The position numbers and the translations under genes were made by a program. A DNA stretch of 64,000 nt, taken from Candidatus Uhrbacteria bacterium (lineage in GTDB: Bacteria > Patescibacteriota > Patescibacteriia > GWA2-47-26). The notes beneath the pieces were generated by a model. That model was not told the origin of the DNA, ran no database searches, and saw only the letters and a program-made list of their open reading frames with translations. The stretch spans positions 4,046 through 68,045 of the forward strand of contig JACPJN010000007.1 in assembly GCA_016187515.1 (NCBI GenBank), in the 5' to 3' direction. Each line of letters starts with the position of its first letter. The first letter of the stretch is position 1. This document shows, piece after piece, positions 29,196 to 39,116 of this stretch.

Positions 29196-32100
29196 TTAGT
29201 TTATCACGACTTGACCTTGTCCCACAATATCCTCAATTGACCGGATCAAGCGCTCTTCCGGATCAATCTGAAAACCCGTCTGAATCGTGCGCTTTACGCC
29301 GTTTTGGCTAAGCACAATGTAGACCGGGGTTGATCCTCGGGTGGACGCAAAAAACGTGCGCAGGGTCTCGAGCGTCGCGCGGTCGTGGTTTTGGAGATGG
29401 ATGAGGAGACGTTTTGATGAGGTATTAGGTACTTGGGTACTTGGGTACCTGGGGTCTTTCATAGTGTTCTTGTCTACTAATACCCTAGGATCCTGAGATC
29501 CTAATTGCCCAGCGCTCTCCGCTGTCAGCACCATCGCCCGCTCGCACACCACCCGTTTCTCCTCGCCGCCTCCGCGTCCCCACACGCATAAAAGCGCCCC
29601 GTCAGACCAGATACCCGGGTTTTCTTTGTACGTTTTCGGAAACGCGACCACCTCGCAGGAACCGGTCAAATCCTGCAGCCGTCCGACGGCCATGCGTTCT
29701 CCGTTTTTGGTGGTACGCGTTTTACATTCCGTAAGCGCTCCGGCCACGCAAAGCGGCGCTCGGTCCGGCACCTCCAGCAGCGCGGAGATCGGCGTCACTT
29801 TGCCGTCCAGCGCCTGTTTAAACTCCTCCAGCGGATGCGCGGTAACGTAAAGTCCAAGCAATTCTTTTTCCCATCGCAACTTTTCTTCACGAGCGGCCGG
29901 CGGAGCGTCTTTGATGCTCAACCGATTCACCTCCGGCAAGCCGGTAAAAAGCGTGCTCTGCTTTGACGGCTCCGCAGTCGCACCACGATGAAACGCCAGC
30001 ATGGCTTCCATATTTTCAAGCATCACCCCGCGATCGCCAAAGCAATCCATCGCGCCGGATTTGATTAAACTCTCCAGCGATTTTTTATTGAGATTCTTAT
30101 GCTGGACGCGCTTAAGAAAATCCTCCAGGTTCTCATAGGCGCCGCCTTGTTCCCGCTCCTCGATCACCGCCTCCACCACGTCCGATCCCAAATTTTTAAT
30201 CGCCAAAAGCCCAAAACGGATGGTCTGATCATCCACATAGGTAAAATCCTTATGACTCTCATTTACATCCGGCGGGAGCACTTTGATTCCCGCTTCTCGC
30301 GCGCCCATGATCACTTCCGCCAGTTTATCCGTATTTCCCGCCTCCGCGGTCAAAATCGCGGTAATAAATTCCGCCGGCCAGTGCGCTTTCATGTACGCGG
30401 TCTGATAAGCCACCATGCCATAGGAAGCGGCATGGGAATTATGCACAATAATATCGTTGGCCACAAAATTATGGGTTTCCGGAACAGTAAGATCATACGT
30501 CATTGCTTCACCCCTAGAAATAATACTTACTACTTCATCCCAATACACATCCGAGTGCGCAAACTCCGTGAGCACTTCCGAATGAAGCGCTTCGGCTATT
30601 ACCGCAACCGTTTCTCGTAAATATCCTTTTTTGGCATCATCATTACATAAAAGACGCTCCGCAATGTTATGAGTTCGCGCAAATCCTTTCAAACTCATCT
30701 CCGTTTTGATAATTTCCGATTTAATAATCGGCAACACTCCCGCTGGAATAATGTCCTTACTTCCGCGCGCGCTCCAAGCCGAGATCGCTCCATTCAACAC
30801 TGGGTGGTGCGCCACAATCTCTGAAAGCGTGGCGCGCTTTTCTCCAATAAGATATTGTCCTACGGTTTGTTCGAATATCTTAATGTTCGTATGTCGTGAT
30901 ACATGAATTGTCCATCCGGTTTTGACCGTATCGCGATACTTAAAATGCTTTTCGTGCACCGTACTAATCATTCCCAGCCGCAACAAAAGATGTTGCATGT
31001 CATAAGCAAGCAATCGCGAACTGGTCGCATAGTACAATTGCCCTTCACCCTCATCGCTATGCACGCAACCGTCCCCTTGCCACATTTTTCCCAAAAGTAC
31101 ACAAAGCTGCTCGCGATTGAGTAAAAATACGAATGTCGGGAACACTTTGCTCGTAGCCTTGCAATCGAGCAATTCCCATTCCTGTGCAAACGAACGCAAC
31201 CCGTTCGGTTGCTTTTGGTTTTGCTTTCCGACATACACGGATACCGCCGACCTTGATCTGTCGATCGTAATGCGCGCATTGCTAAATTGTTTCGCATGCG
31301 ATATAAAATCGGCAATCTCCTCTTCCGCTTTGGAATAATAGTATATTCCGTACGGATGGCAGAAATTTCCCTCAGCCAAAAGATATCCTAACGCCGCGAG
31401 TTTATAATCATCAATTGGATAAGCGCGTTTAGGCAGTGGCGCGTGACGTGCGGTTGCAATACGGTCGCCGTGCTTTAACTCTGCGAGTGTAGCCCAGCTC
31501 CCAAATTTTCTGAAAGGGTGATTTGCCGTTGCTTTTATGCGTAGACCGCGACGGGTAATGACTTCAAATATCGGCTTTACACCGTTTTGTTGTACGGCTC
31601 CTATTGGTCGCTTGTCCAAGGTAAGATCATCCTCAAGGGATAGAAGAGTAATCTTGGAATTGCTTGATCTATACAATTCCTCTACCGTCCTTCGAACGCC
31701 TGACACCGCGTCGTAAATAATAGTGTCTCCCGTAATACATTTGTTAAAACCATACGCCGCAAACGGTTCAATCAATGCCCAGATTTCCTCGGCGCGCGCT
31801 CGCACCAGCCCTTTTTTAACGCAGCCGCTTAAAAATTTCTCGCGCTGGGCCACCATTTCGCGCGGAATTTTTTTACCCATGGCTTTGCGTAATTTATCGG
31901 CTTCTTCCCAAGTATAACCCGCTAGTTCAATGGCGATCATGAGCACGTCGTCCTGATAAACTAAAATACCATAAGTACGCTCCAAAATATTCTGCAGTTG
32001 CGGCACCAAATACTGAATCAGCCGCGGATTATGCTTGCGCTTAATATATTCCGGAATGGACTCCATCGGACCCGGGCGAAAAAGCGCGACCATCGCCATG

Positions 32101-33995
32101 ATGTCGTGAATACTTGAGGGTTTGAGTTCTTTCAAATAGCGGGTCATGCCTGAACCGGACAGCTGAAATACGCCCATGGTATCCCCGCGCGAGAGCATTT
32201 CAAAAGTTTTCTTGTCTTCTGGCGGGAGCTTATCAATATCCACGGACACGCCTTTAGTTTTCTTCACGATCTGTACCGCATCGCCCAAGATGGAAAGATT
32301 GCGGATTCCCAACATATCCATCTTAACTAAGCCCGCGGCCTCCACCGCGTGCATGTCATACTGGGTAATAATATGATCGCCCTGGGCTTCTTTTTGAAGC
32401 GGCGTAAAATCCGTAAGTTTGGTGGGCGCAATGACCATGCCGGCCGCGTGTACCGAAGCGTGGCGCGCGCAACCTTCCACTTTACGCGCCAAATTCAGCA
32501 CGCGTTTCGTATTGGCATCCTCATGGTACATCTTCCCCAGCTCGGGATTTTCCTCCAACGCCCGGTCCACGGTCATGTGAAATCCTTGCGCCCCGGGCGG
32601 GATCATTTTGGAAAGTTTGTCGCCAAAGGAATATGGAAAACCCAGTACGCGCGTGACATCGCGCACGGCCGCACGCGGCAACATGGTCCCAAATGTACAG
32701 ATTTGCGCGACTTTATCGCGCCCGTATTTTTCTCGCACGTATTCAATCACCTCATCGCGGCGATTATCCGCAAAATCCACATCAATATCCGGCGGACTCG
32801 GACGCGACACGGTTAAAAATCGTTCAAATGGCAAACGCAAATCCAGAGGATTGACCGTAGTAATATCAATGAGATAAGACACGAGCGATCCCGCGGCCGA
32901 ACCGCGCGTGGTCACCACAATTCCTTGCGCGCGCGCCCATTTCACATAGTCCGACACAATTAAAAAATAAGTAGAAAAACCGGTTTTTTTGATTACCTCA
33001 AGTTCATACTCAATACGCTGAAGGACAGTCCTTTGGTCGAGTAAAGGACTGTCCTTCTTCAATCCAAACCTCTCCTGCGCCGCTTTCCACACTAACTCTT
33101 CCAAATACTCATGATGCGTCCTTCTCTCTGGTACCGGAAACTGCGGAAACGCCCATTGGTTAAGCGTAAGCTCCAGATTGCAGCGCTCGGCCACCTTTAG
33201 CGTATTTATGATAACTTCCGGATGGTCTTTCCACTGCGCCGCCACTTCCTCTGGAGATTTAAACGAGTGATCCACGCCCGTCATGTTTAACCGGCCTTTG
33301 TCCGTGACAAATTTACCTGTTTGCACGCACACCAGTACATCTTGCGCCTCGCCATCGTCGGCATGCAAATAGTGGCTGTCTACCGTGGCCACCGGCACAA
33401 TACCGAGCTCTTCGCATAATTTAAACATGCCGCGATTGACGGTTTCTTGTTCTGGAATCTCGGGGTGTTTCTGCACCTCGGCGAAAAAATTCTCTTTGCC
33501 AAAAATCTCTTGAAACTCTTGAGCAACGCGTTTTGCTTCATCGAATTGTCCGCGCGCGATCAGCCGCGGAATCTCACCGCGCAAACAACCGGAGAGCGCA
33601 ATAAGCCCTTTGCCATACGCGCGCAGGGCGGCTTTATCAATGCGCGGTTTATAATAATAACCTTCCAGATGCGCGAGCGTGGTCAGCAACATTAAATTCC
33701 GATAGCCCTCCTCATTGCGCGCGAGCAAGGTTAAGTGGTGGTAATCCTTGTCCACGCCCGCGCGCTTTTCTTCTTTTTCTCCGAGTGCCATGTAGGCCTC
33801 CATGCCAACAATCGGCTTGATTTCCTGCCTTCTACATTCTTGATAAAATTCCAACGCGCCATACATCACGCCGTGATCGGTTAAGGCAAGCGCCGGACAC
33901 CCAAACTCTTTCGCCCGCGCCACCAACTCCGGAATTTTCGGAAGACCATCAAGTAAGCTGTAATGGGAGTGGGTATGCAAGTGGACGAAGGGCAT
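29196..33995 (-). CDS. dnaE: DNA polymerase III alpha subunit containing an intein
   Basis: 1599 aa; N-terminal PHP domain MPFVHLHTHSHYSLLDG; polymerase core; the conserved FNK-SHAA motif is interrupted by an intervening sequence. Confidence 0.9.
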   Translation of the reverse strand: MPFVHLHTHSHYSLLDGLPKIPELVARAKEFGCPALALTDHGVMYGALEFYQECRRQEIKPIVGMEAYMALGEKEEKRAGVDKDYHHLTLLARNEEGYRNLMLLTTLAHLEGYYYKPRIDKAALRAYGKGLIALSGCLRGEIPRLIARGQFDEAKRVAQEFQEIFGKENFFAEVQKHPEIPEQETVNRGMFKLCEELGIVPVATVDSHYLHADDGEAQDVLVCVQTGKFVTDKGRLNMTGVDHSFKSPEEVAAQWKDHPEVIINTLKVAERCNLELTLNQWAFPQFPVPERRTHHEYLEELVWKAAQERFGLKKDSPLLDQRTVLQRIEYELEVIKKTGFSTYFLIVSDYVKWARAQGIVVTTRGSAAGSLVSYLIDITTVNPLDLRLPFERFLTVSRPSPPDIDVDFADNRRDEVIEYVREKYGRDKVAQICTFGTMLPRAAVRDVTRVLGFPYSFGDKLSKMIPPGAQGFHMTVDRALEENPELGKMYHEDANTKRVLNLARKVEGCARHASVHAAGMVIAPTKLTDFTPLQKEAQGDHIITQYDMHAVEAAGLVKMDMLGIRNLSILGDAVQIVKKTKGVSVDIDKLPPEDKKTFEMLSRGDTMGVFQLSGSGMTRYLKELKPSSIHDIMAMVALFRPGPMESIPEYIKRKHNPRLIQYLVPQLQNILERTYGILVYQDDVLMIAIELAGYTWEEADKLRKAMGKKIPREMVAQREKFLSGCVKKGLVRARAEEIWALIEPFAAYGFNKCITGDTIIYDAVSGVRRTVEELYRSSNSKITLLSLEDDLTLDKRPIGAVQQNGVKPIFEVITRRGLRIKATANHPFRKFGSWATLAELKHGDRIATARHAPLPKRAYPIDDYKLAALGYLLAEGNFCHPYGIYYYSKAEEEIADFISHAKQFSNARITIDRSRSAVSVYVGKQNQKQPNGLRSFAQEWELLDCKATSKVFPTFVFLLNREQLCVLLGKMWQGDGCVHSDEGEGQLYYATSSRLLAYDMQHLLLRLGMISTVHEKHFKYRDTVKTGWTIHVSRHTNIKIFEQTVGQYLIGEKRATLSEIVAHHPVLNGAISAWSARGSKDIIPAGVLPIIKSEIIKTEMSLKGFARTHNIAERLLCNDDAKKGYLRETVAVIAEALHSEVLTEFAHSDVYWDEVVSIISRGEAMTYDLTVPETHNFVANDIIVHNSHAASYGMVAYQTAYMKAHWPAEFITAILTAEAGNTDKLAEVIMGAREAGIKVLPPDVNESHKDFTYVDDQTIRFGLLAIKNLGSDVVEAVIEEREQGGAYENLEDFLKRVQHKNLNKKSLESLIKSGAMDCFGDRGVMLENMEAMLAFHRGATAEPSKQSTLFTGLPEVNRLSIKDAPPAAREEKLRWEKELLGLYVTAHPLEEFKQALDGKVTPISALLEVPDRAPLCVAGALTECKTRTTKNGERMAVGRLQDLTGSCEVVAFPKTYKENPGIWSDGALLCVWGRGGGEEKRVVCERAMVLTAESAGQLGSQDPRVLVDKNTMKDPRYPSTQVPNTSSKRLLIHLQNHDRATLETLRTFFASTRGSTPVYIVLSQNGVKRTIQTGFQIDPEERLIRSIEDIVGQGQVVIN
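30439..31739 (-). mobile_element. DnaE intein (~434 aa) with LAGLIDADG homing-endonuclease domain
   Basis: Begins CITGDTII right after extein AYGFNK and ends DIIVHN followed by +1 Ser (SHAASYG); LAGLIDADG-like blocks LAALGYLLAEGNF and LLAYDMQHLLLRLGM; coordinates +-1 nt. Confidence 0.8.
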
Positions 33996-34007
33996 AGTAA
34001 ATTTCTA

Positions 34008-34135
34008 ATTGCTTTAATTATTCTAATTGACCTAAACAATACCCAAGACCCAATAAACAAATTTGGGATTTTCGAGCTTAGGATTTGTTTAGAATAATTA
34101 GGTCAATTAGGTGAATTAGAAATTCTCAACAACCC
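34008..34135. repeat. left ~125-bp AT-rich flanking repeat (internally palindromic)
   Basis: ctaattattctaattgacctaaacaa...ttaggtcaattaggtgaattag; direct repeat of 34803-34935. Confidence 0.6.
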
Positions 34136-34153
34136 CATCCTACCACACCCCCC

Positions 34154-34195
34154 TTGACAGGGCAACCGCTGCAATGCTATAGTCTTCTTAGGAGG
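34154..34195 (+). promoter_or_regulatory. promoter TTGACA-N18-TATAGT plus SD AGGAGG
   Basis: TTGACA 34154-34159, TATAGT 34178-34183, AGGAGG 34190-34195, 8 nt before ATG. Confidence 0.55.
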
Positions 34196-34203
34196 TTGCC
34201 ACC

Positions 34204-34311
34204 ATGTCGAGCAACGTCGTATACTGGCGCACTGCCAGCTTCTGGAAAGTCTACGGGTTTCTGCTCGCCTTCACCGCGCTTCTGATATATGCCCTTGCGT
34301 ACTTCGTGTGA
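34204..34311 (+). CDS. 35-aa hydrophobic peptide (type I toxin-like small membrane protein)
   Basis: MSSNVVYWRTASFWKVYGFLLAFTALLIYALAYFV; below ORF-track cutoff; strong promoter and SD; terminator aaaaaccatctctcgccgaggtggttttttga at ~34395-34430. Confidence 0.5.
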   Translation: MSSNVVYWRTASFWKVYGFLLAFTALLIYALAYFV

Positions 34312-34448
34312 TTTTTCGAAGCATGAGTAGTTCCGCTCCTTCCCGTCCCGCCCTCTTGGCGAACCGCGCAAGCACTTGCCTCGCGCCGTCCGCCCCATTC
34401 AAAAAACCATCTCTCGCCGAGGTGGTTTTTTGATTTATGTCCAGATTA

Positions 34449-34802
34449 TTATTCCTCTCCTTCGTCTTCTTGTTGTTCGGCTGCTTCTTCCTTCATCTTC
34501 TCGTGCTTTTTCCGCCGAGGAGACGCTCGGCGTTCGCTTCGCCGATCCATCAGATACGAACCGACATATTTTACTCCCTCGGCAATGCCGGAAAAAATGC
34601 TTAACGACCGCTCCAATTTTTCCTTTAAACTTTCAAATATGCCTAAGGCCTTATTTATCTTCTCCCGTACATCCTCGGTCATCCCGCGCGCCTCGCGCAT
34701 GATGGCGATAAAATAATACAACAACCAGCAGACAAAAATCGTAAACCACAGTACGCAAAAAGCCAGAACGAGATAGAGAATGTCCTTTGCATCAGCGACC
34801 AT
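34449..34802 (-). CDS. small membrane-anchored coiled-coil protein with charged tail
   Basis: Probable start MVADAKDILYLVLAFCVLWFTIFVCWLLYYFIAIM (TM) then coiled coil and RRASPRRKKHEKMKEEAAEQQEDEGEE tail; convergent with the 35-aa peptide gene. Confidence 0.45.
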   Translation of the reverse strand: MVADAKDILYLVLAFCVLWFTIFVCWLLYYFIAIMREARGMTEDVREKINKALGIFESLKEKLERSLSIFSGIAEGVKYVGSYLMDRRSERRASPRRKKHEKMKEEAAEQQEDEGEE

Positions 34803-34935
34803 AAACAAATTTCTAATTATTCTAATTATTCTAATTGATCTAAACAAATCCTAATGCCTTAATTTCCAATTTTATAATTTGGGATTTGGGACTTATTTAG
34901 GTCAATTAGGTGAATTAGGTGAATTCTCAATTTGG
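34803..34935. repeat. right ~130-bp AT-rich flanking repeat
   Basis: ctaattattctaattattctaattgatctaaacaa...ttaggtcaattaggtgaattaggtgaattctc. Confidence 0.6.
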
Positions 34936-34936
34936 G

Positions 34937-37447
34937 TTAATCTCGCACCTTAGCATCAAACCTCTCTTTTAGCATGCGAGACAATTTTATGTGCACCTTC
35001 TCCGCTTCTTGCGCCGTCAGCGTTCGCTCGGCCGAGGCATACTGGATATGAAACGCCAGACTACGGTGTCCCTCCGGCACGCCCTTGCCTGCATACTGAT
35101 CAAACAGTTCCACGCCGGCAATGAGCGGATCAAGTTTGGCAATCGCGCCATGAATCACGGCGTACTCTTTTTCTTTGCTCACTACAAAGGCAATGTCACG
35201 CTTGACCGGCGGATACGCCGGAGGCGGCTCATACGCTCGGCCTTGACCAATCAGCGGATAGACCACGCGCATTTCCCACTCTAAAAACGCAACCCGCTGC
35301 TCTATGCCATAAGCCCTAAGCAATTGTGGATGAAGTTCACCCACTACCCCCAGTATATCACGCCCGGATTTTACGAGCAATACGCGAGAGGGGTGGTAAT
35401 GCTTGACCCACGGCGCCTTAATTGACCCGACTTTTTCATATCCAAAATTTGGCAAGGCCAAAACTTCCGCCAAATGTTCGGCCACGCCTTTTGCCGCGTA
35501 AAAATGCGCACCCTCGCGTTCTTCGCGCCCGGCACTCAACACAATGAGCTTTTGTCGTTCGTCGGGTAATTCTCCCGCACGAGGATGATATTCGCTCGAC
35601 AATTCAAACAATTTCAACTCATCCCGCGTTTTTTCATTTTCCGCCACAGCTTTGAGGAGCGAAATTCCCAGCCACGGCCGCATGTGCGCCATCTCGGAGG
35701 TCAAAGGATTGGCAAGCGCCAGCGCGTCGCGGTCCGGATCAAACCCGGCGCGCGCAACACTATCGCGAGCAACAAATGAATAGGTGTAAAGTTCGGTAAA
35801 TCCTGCGCCGCGCAACGCCTCCTTCACTTCGTGTTCGTGCGTAAATTGCACACTTTGTATCTCGAAAGGAAGATCGCCTTGTGGAAGCACACCGGGAATC
35901 CTGTGATATCCATACATCCGCGCGACTTCCTCGGCAATATCCGCAACCCCGTCCGCTTCAACCTCGCGCCAATACGGAAATTTTACGCCCCACTTTTTTG
36001 CGCCTCCCGATACGGAAAACCCAAGCGCGGTTAAATATTTTTTCATTTGCGGCGCCGGAATTTCCACGCCGATTTTCTTCGCCACCTCCACAGGCGCGAC
36101 TTTCACCGTTTTTCCTCCCCTTAAGGTAAGGGGAGGCGAGGAGGGGTTATGCCGATCCACCATCCCCACCACCTTCCCTCCGGCAATCTCGGCGGTCAAC
36201 TCCATCAATCGCGCCGCCGCAAACTCCGGCAACGGCACAGGCAATCCTTTATTAAACCGCACAGAACTCGCCGAGGTAAGCCCAATCTGATGCTCGCCGC
36301 GGCGAATCGTGAGCGCATCAAAATTCGCAATCTCGTACACGATCCGCGTTGTCCCCGCGCGCACCCCGGTTTCTTCTCCGCCCATGATGCCGGCAATCGC
36401 CACTGGCCGCTGGGCATCAGCAATCACTAGAATATTTTCATCAAGTTCGTAGGTATTCCCATCTAATGCTAAAACCTTTTCCCCTTTCTTCCCCATCCGC
36501 ACCACTATTTTTTTCCGTGTCCCATCCGTTTTATTTCCGTGTCTTTCTGTGTTATGAAGACGCTCAGCATCAAAAGCATGACACGGCTGCCCATACTCTA
36601 GTAGTACATAATTCGTGATATCCACGATATTATTTATCGGCCGCACCCCAGAGGCCATAAGCCGCCGCTGTATCCACCACGGCGACGGCCCCACCTTCAC
36701 GCCTTCCATCACCACCGCCATGTACCGCGGACACAACTTTGGCACTTCAACTTTAACGTCCAACCAATCTCCTCCCCTTAGGTTAAGGGGAGGTCGGGAG
36801 GGGTTATGACCAATTTTCAATTTTACATTTTCAATTTTACATTTTACATTGAATATCGCCCCCACCTCGCGCGCCAACCCAACTATGCCCATAGCGTCCG
36901 GACGATTGGTTGTTATTTCCACCTCAAGTACCACATCATCTAATCCAAGTGCTCTAGCCACTGGCACACCCACGCGCGCGCCCGTGGCAGTCAAATCTAA
37001 AATCTCCCGCTCTTTGTGTGGAAACATTTCATATAGCCCAATCTCATTGGCCGCGCAAATCATGCCTTCACTTTTGACGCCACGAATTTCTGTCGGTGTT
37101 AATTCCATTGGTTCACCTTCTCCATGCCAGCGCACTTTTGCTCCCGGCAGAGCTACCGCCACCAACATTCCTTCTTTAATATTCGTTCCCCCACACACAA
37201 TAGTTCGTGGTCGTTCGTCTTTATTGTTCGTGGTCGTTCGTGCTATACGCAGCTTATCGGCATTTGGATGCGGCTCTATTTCCACAATCTTCCCGACTAC
37301 AATCGCCGGATCCAGTCCTACCACCATTGGCCGCATTCGCTCCACGGAAAACGCATGAAGCGACAAGCGCTCCGCCACTTCCTCTGGGCGGGCTTTAAGT
37401 CCTGGCAAAAACTCACGCAGCCAATTATAGGAAACCAATAGGTTCAT
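34937..37447 (-). CDS. pheT: phenylalanyl-tRNA synthetase beta subunit, with multiple in-frame repeat insertions
   Basis: 836 aa; tRNA-binding N-domain, B3/4, B5, FDX-ACB; inserts from REP elements (PPLNLRGG at ~36110-36150; SSPPLTLRGG at ~36770-36808) and tandem repeats (36815-36850, 37195-37250). Confidence 0.9.
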   Translation of the reverse strand: MNLLVSYNWLREFLPGLKARPEEVAERLSLHAFSVERMRPMVVGLDPAIVVGKIVEIEPHPNADKLRIARTTTNNKDERPRTIVCGGTNIKEGMLVAVALPGAKVRWHGEGEPMELTPTEIRGVKSEGMICAANEIGLYEMFPHKEREILDLTATGARVGVPVARALGLDDVVLEVEITTNRPDAMGIVGLAREVGAIFNVKCKIENVKLKIGHNPSRPPLNLRGGDWLDVKVEVPKLCPRYMAVVMEGVKVGPSPWWIQRRLMASGVRPINNIVDITNYVLLEYGQPCHAFDAERLHNTERHGNKTDGTRKKIVVRMGKKGEKVLALDGNTYELDENILVIADAQRPVAIAGIMGGEETGVRAGTTRIVYEIANFDALTIRRGEHQIGLTSASSVRFNKGLPVPLPEFAAARLMELTAEIAGGKVVGMVDRHNPSSPPLTLRGGKTVKVAPVEVAKKIGVEIPAPQMKKYLTALGFSVSGGAKKWGVKFPYWREVEADGVADIAEEVARMYGYHRIPGVLPQGDLPFEIQSVQFTHEHEVKEALRGAGFTELYTYSFVARDSVARAGFDPDRDALALANPLTSEMAHMRPWLGISLLKAVAENEKTRDELKLFELSSEYHPRAGELPDERQKLIVLSAGREEREGAHFYAAKGVAEHLAEVLALPNFGYEKVGSIKAPWVKHYHPSRVLLVKSGRDILGVVGELHPQLLRAYGIEQRVAFLEWEMRVVYPLIGQGRAYEPPPAYPPVKRDIAFVVSKEKEYAVIHGAIAKLDPLIAGVELFDQYAGKGVPEGHRSLAFHIQYASAERTLTAQEAEKVHIKLSRMLKERFDAKVRD

Positions 37448-37451
37448 AATT

Positions 37452-37811
37452 TCATCTTTCCTTATCTTTCACATAAATACCTTCATTATCCGTACCAGCT
37501 AAGATTGGTCCTACTAATTTCCATCCTTGTTGCTCCAAATCCCCTTTTCTTTTTTTCTCAATCACATCGCGCCGTATATCTACCAGCTTTTCATCATAAA
37601 AAAGAACTCTCCCAGAACTACTTAACACGATACTCTTTTTATCTATTAAAGATTCTGGTACACCTTTATTATATCCTCTTTCCCAATCAAAAAAATCAAC
37701 TTCAACGTTGACTACCGTCCAACCTCTTTGCTGTATTTCGTTTCTTTTTTGTGTTTCAATTGCAATTCGTGCTAAAGCTTCGCTTCTTGGTCCCAAATCG
37801 GCAGATGACAT
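37452..37811 (-). CDS. hypothetical 119-aa protein wedged between pheS and pheT
   Basis: Tightly packed with pheS stop and pheT start; no recognisable domain. Confidence 0.45.
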   Translation of the reverse strand: MSSADLGPRSEALARIAIETQKRNEIQQRGWTVVNVEVDFFDWERGYNKGVPESLIDKKSIVLSSSGRVLFYDEKLVDIRRDVIEKKRKGDLEQQGWKLVGPILAGTDNEGIYVKDKER

Positions 37812-37812
37812 A

Positions 37813-38952
37813 CTAAAATTGTTCCAAAAAATTTAAGTCATTATTATACAACACCCTGATATCATCAATGCGCAAACCCTGCTTCATCATGTAGCTCCGC
37901 TCCACTCCAAACCCAAACGCAAATCCACTCCACACTTTTGGATCAAGTCCGCCTGCTTTTAAAACATTGGGGTGTACCATGCCGGCGCCAGCAAGCTCAA
38001 GCCAGCCGGACTTACAAAGTCTGCACTTCTCCCCTCCCCTTAAGGTAAGGGGAGGTTGGGAGGGGTTATGAACATAACCAGTGCCATGACACACGCCACA
38101 TGATACATCTACTTCAAACGACGGTTCGGTAAATCGAAAGTGAAACGGCCGCAAACGAATTCTACGCTCCGGCCCAAAAAAGACGCGCGCGAAATATTCA
38201 AGCGTTCCCTTCAAATGCGTCACTGCGACATTCCGATCAATGAGGAGTCCTTCAAACTGATGAAACATCGGCACATGCGACACATCTGATTGCCTACGAT
38301 AACACTTAGCCAGGTTGATCATCCGAATCGGCGGCTTGCGTCGTTCCATCTCGCGCACTTGGCCATTGGAAGTATGCGGTGTAAGCACCATTTTTCCAAA
38401 CTTTGGATGCTCAATGTAATTTCCGCGTTGTTCCGCGATATGCTCTAGCGAGACGTTCCGCGTGGTTCCGCGACCTACAAAATAGGTCTCCCACTCATCC
38501 CGCGCTGGATGTCCCTTCGGCATGTTCAACGCCTCAAACGCATAATAATCCCAATCTACCTCCGGATACCGCATCCGATAAAATCCCAACTGCGCGAAAA
38601 TCCGGGTAATCTCCTCAATCGCCTGGGTCGTAATATGCAAATGCCCCAGCGGCGGCCGCGTCCCCGGAAGCGTCACATCCAGTTTCTCTTGCTCCGCCAG
38701 CTTGCCCAGCGCCACACCTTCCAACTCTTTTACGTGTTGTTGTAGTGCTGTCATGATGTACTGCTTTAGTGTATTCAACTCCTGTCCCGCTTTTTTCCGC
38801 TCCTCGCCTTTCATTTCCGCAAGTTCGGAAAATAATCCGGTCATGGTTCCTTTTCTTCCCAAAAATTCAATACGCACAGCCTCAAGCCCGGCCGCGTCAC
38901 GCGCCGCCTCAATCTTCTTTTTCACGATGTTCTCAATTTCCTTAAGGTCCAT
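37813..38952 (-). CDS. pheS: phenylalanyl-tRNA synthetase alpha subunit, with in-frame REP-like and tandem-repeat insertions
   Basis: 379 aa; class II catalytic core; insert HNPSQPPLTLRGGEKCRLC from REP at 38030-38072; gttccgcg tandem repeats at 38400-38470. Confidence 0.9.
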   Translation of the reverse strand: MDLKEIENIVKKKIEAARDAAGLEAVRIEFLGRKGTMTGLFSELAEMKGEERKKAGQELNTLKQYIMTALQQHVKELEGVALGKLAEQEKLDVTLPGTRPPLGHLHITTQAIEEITRIFAQLGFYRMRYPEVDWDYYAFEALNMPKGHPARDEWETYFVGRGTTRNVSLEHIAEQRGNYIEHPKFGKMVLTPHTSNGQVREMERRKPPIRMINLAKCYRRQSDVSHVPMFHQFEGLLIDRNVAVTHLKGTLEYFARVFFGPERRIRLRPFHFRFTEPSFEVDVSCGVCHGTGYVHNPSQPPLTLRGGEKCRLCKSGWLELAGAGMVHPNVLKAGGLDPKVWSGFAFGFGVERSYMMKQGLRIDDIRVLYNNDLNFLEQF

Positions 38953-38964
38953 ACAACAACTTTT

Positions 38965-39005
38965 TCTCCCCCTTAGGCTAAGGGGGAGTTAGAGGGGGTT
39001 ACGAA
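38965..39005. repeat. REP-like palindromic element
   Basis: ctcccccttaggctaagggggagttagagggggttacgaa. Confidence 0.7.
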
Positions 39006-39116
39006 ACTAAATTATACCCTCCCCCACATTCCCTCCATCATACACGATTACACTTGACAAAACAACTCCGCCATGCGACAATACACATACCTGTCAGAAA
39101 ACCACGGAGGAACGCC

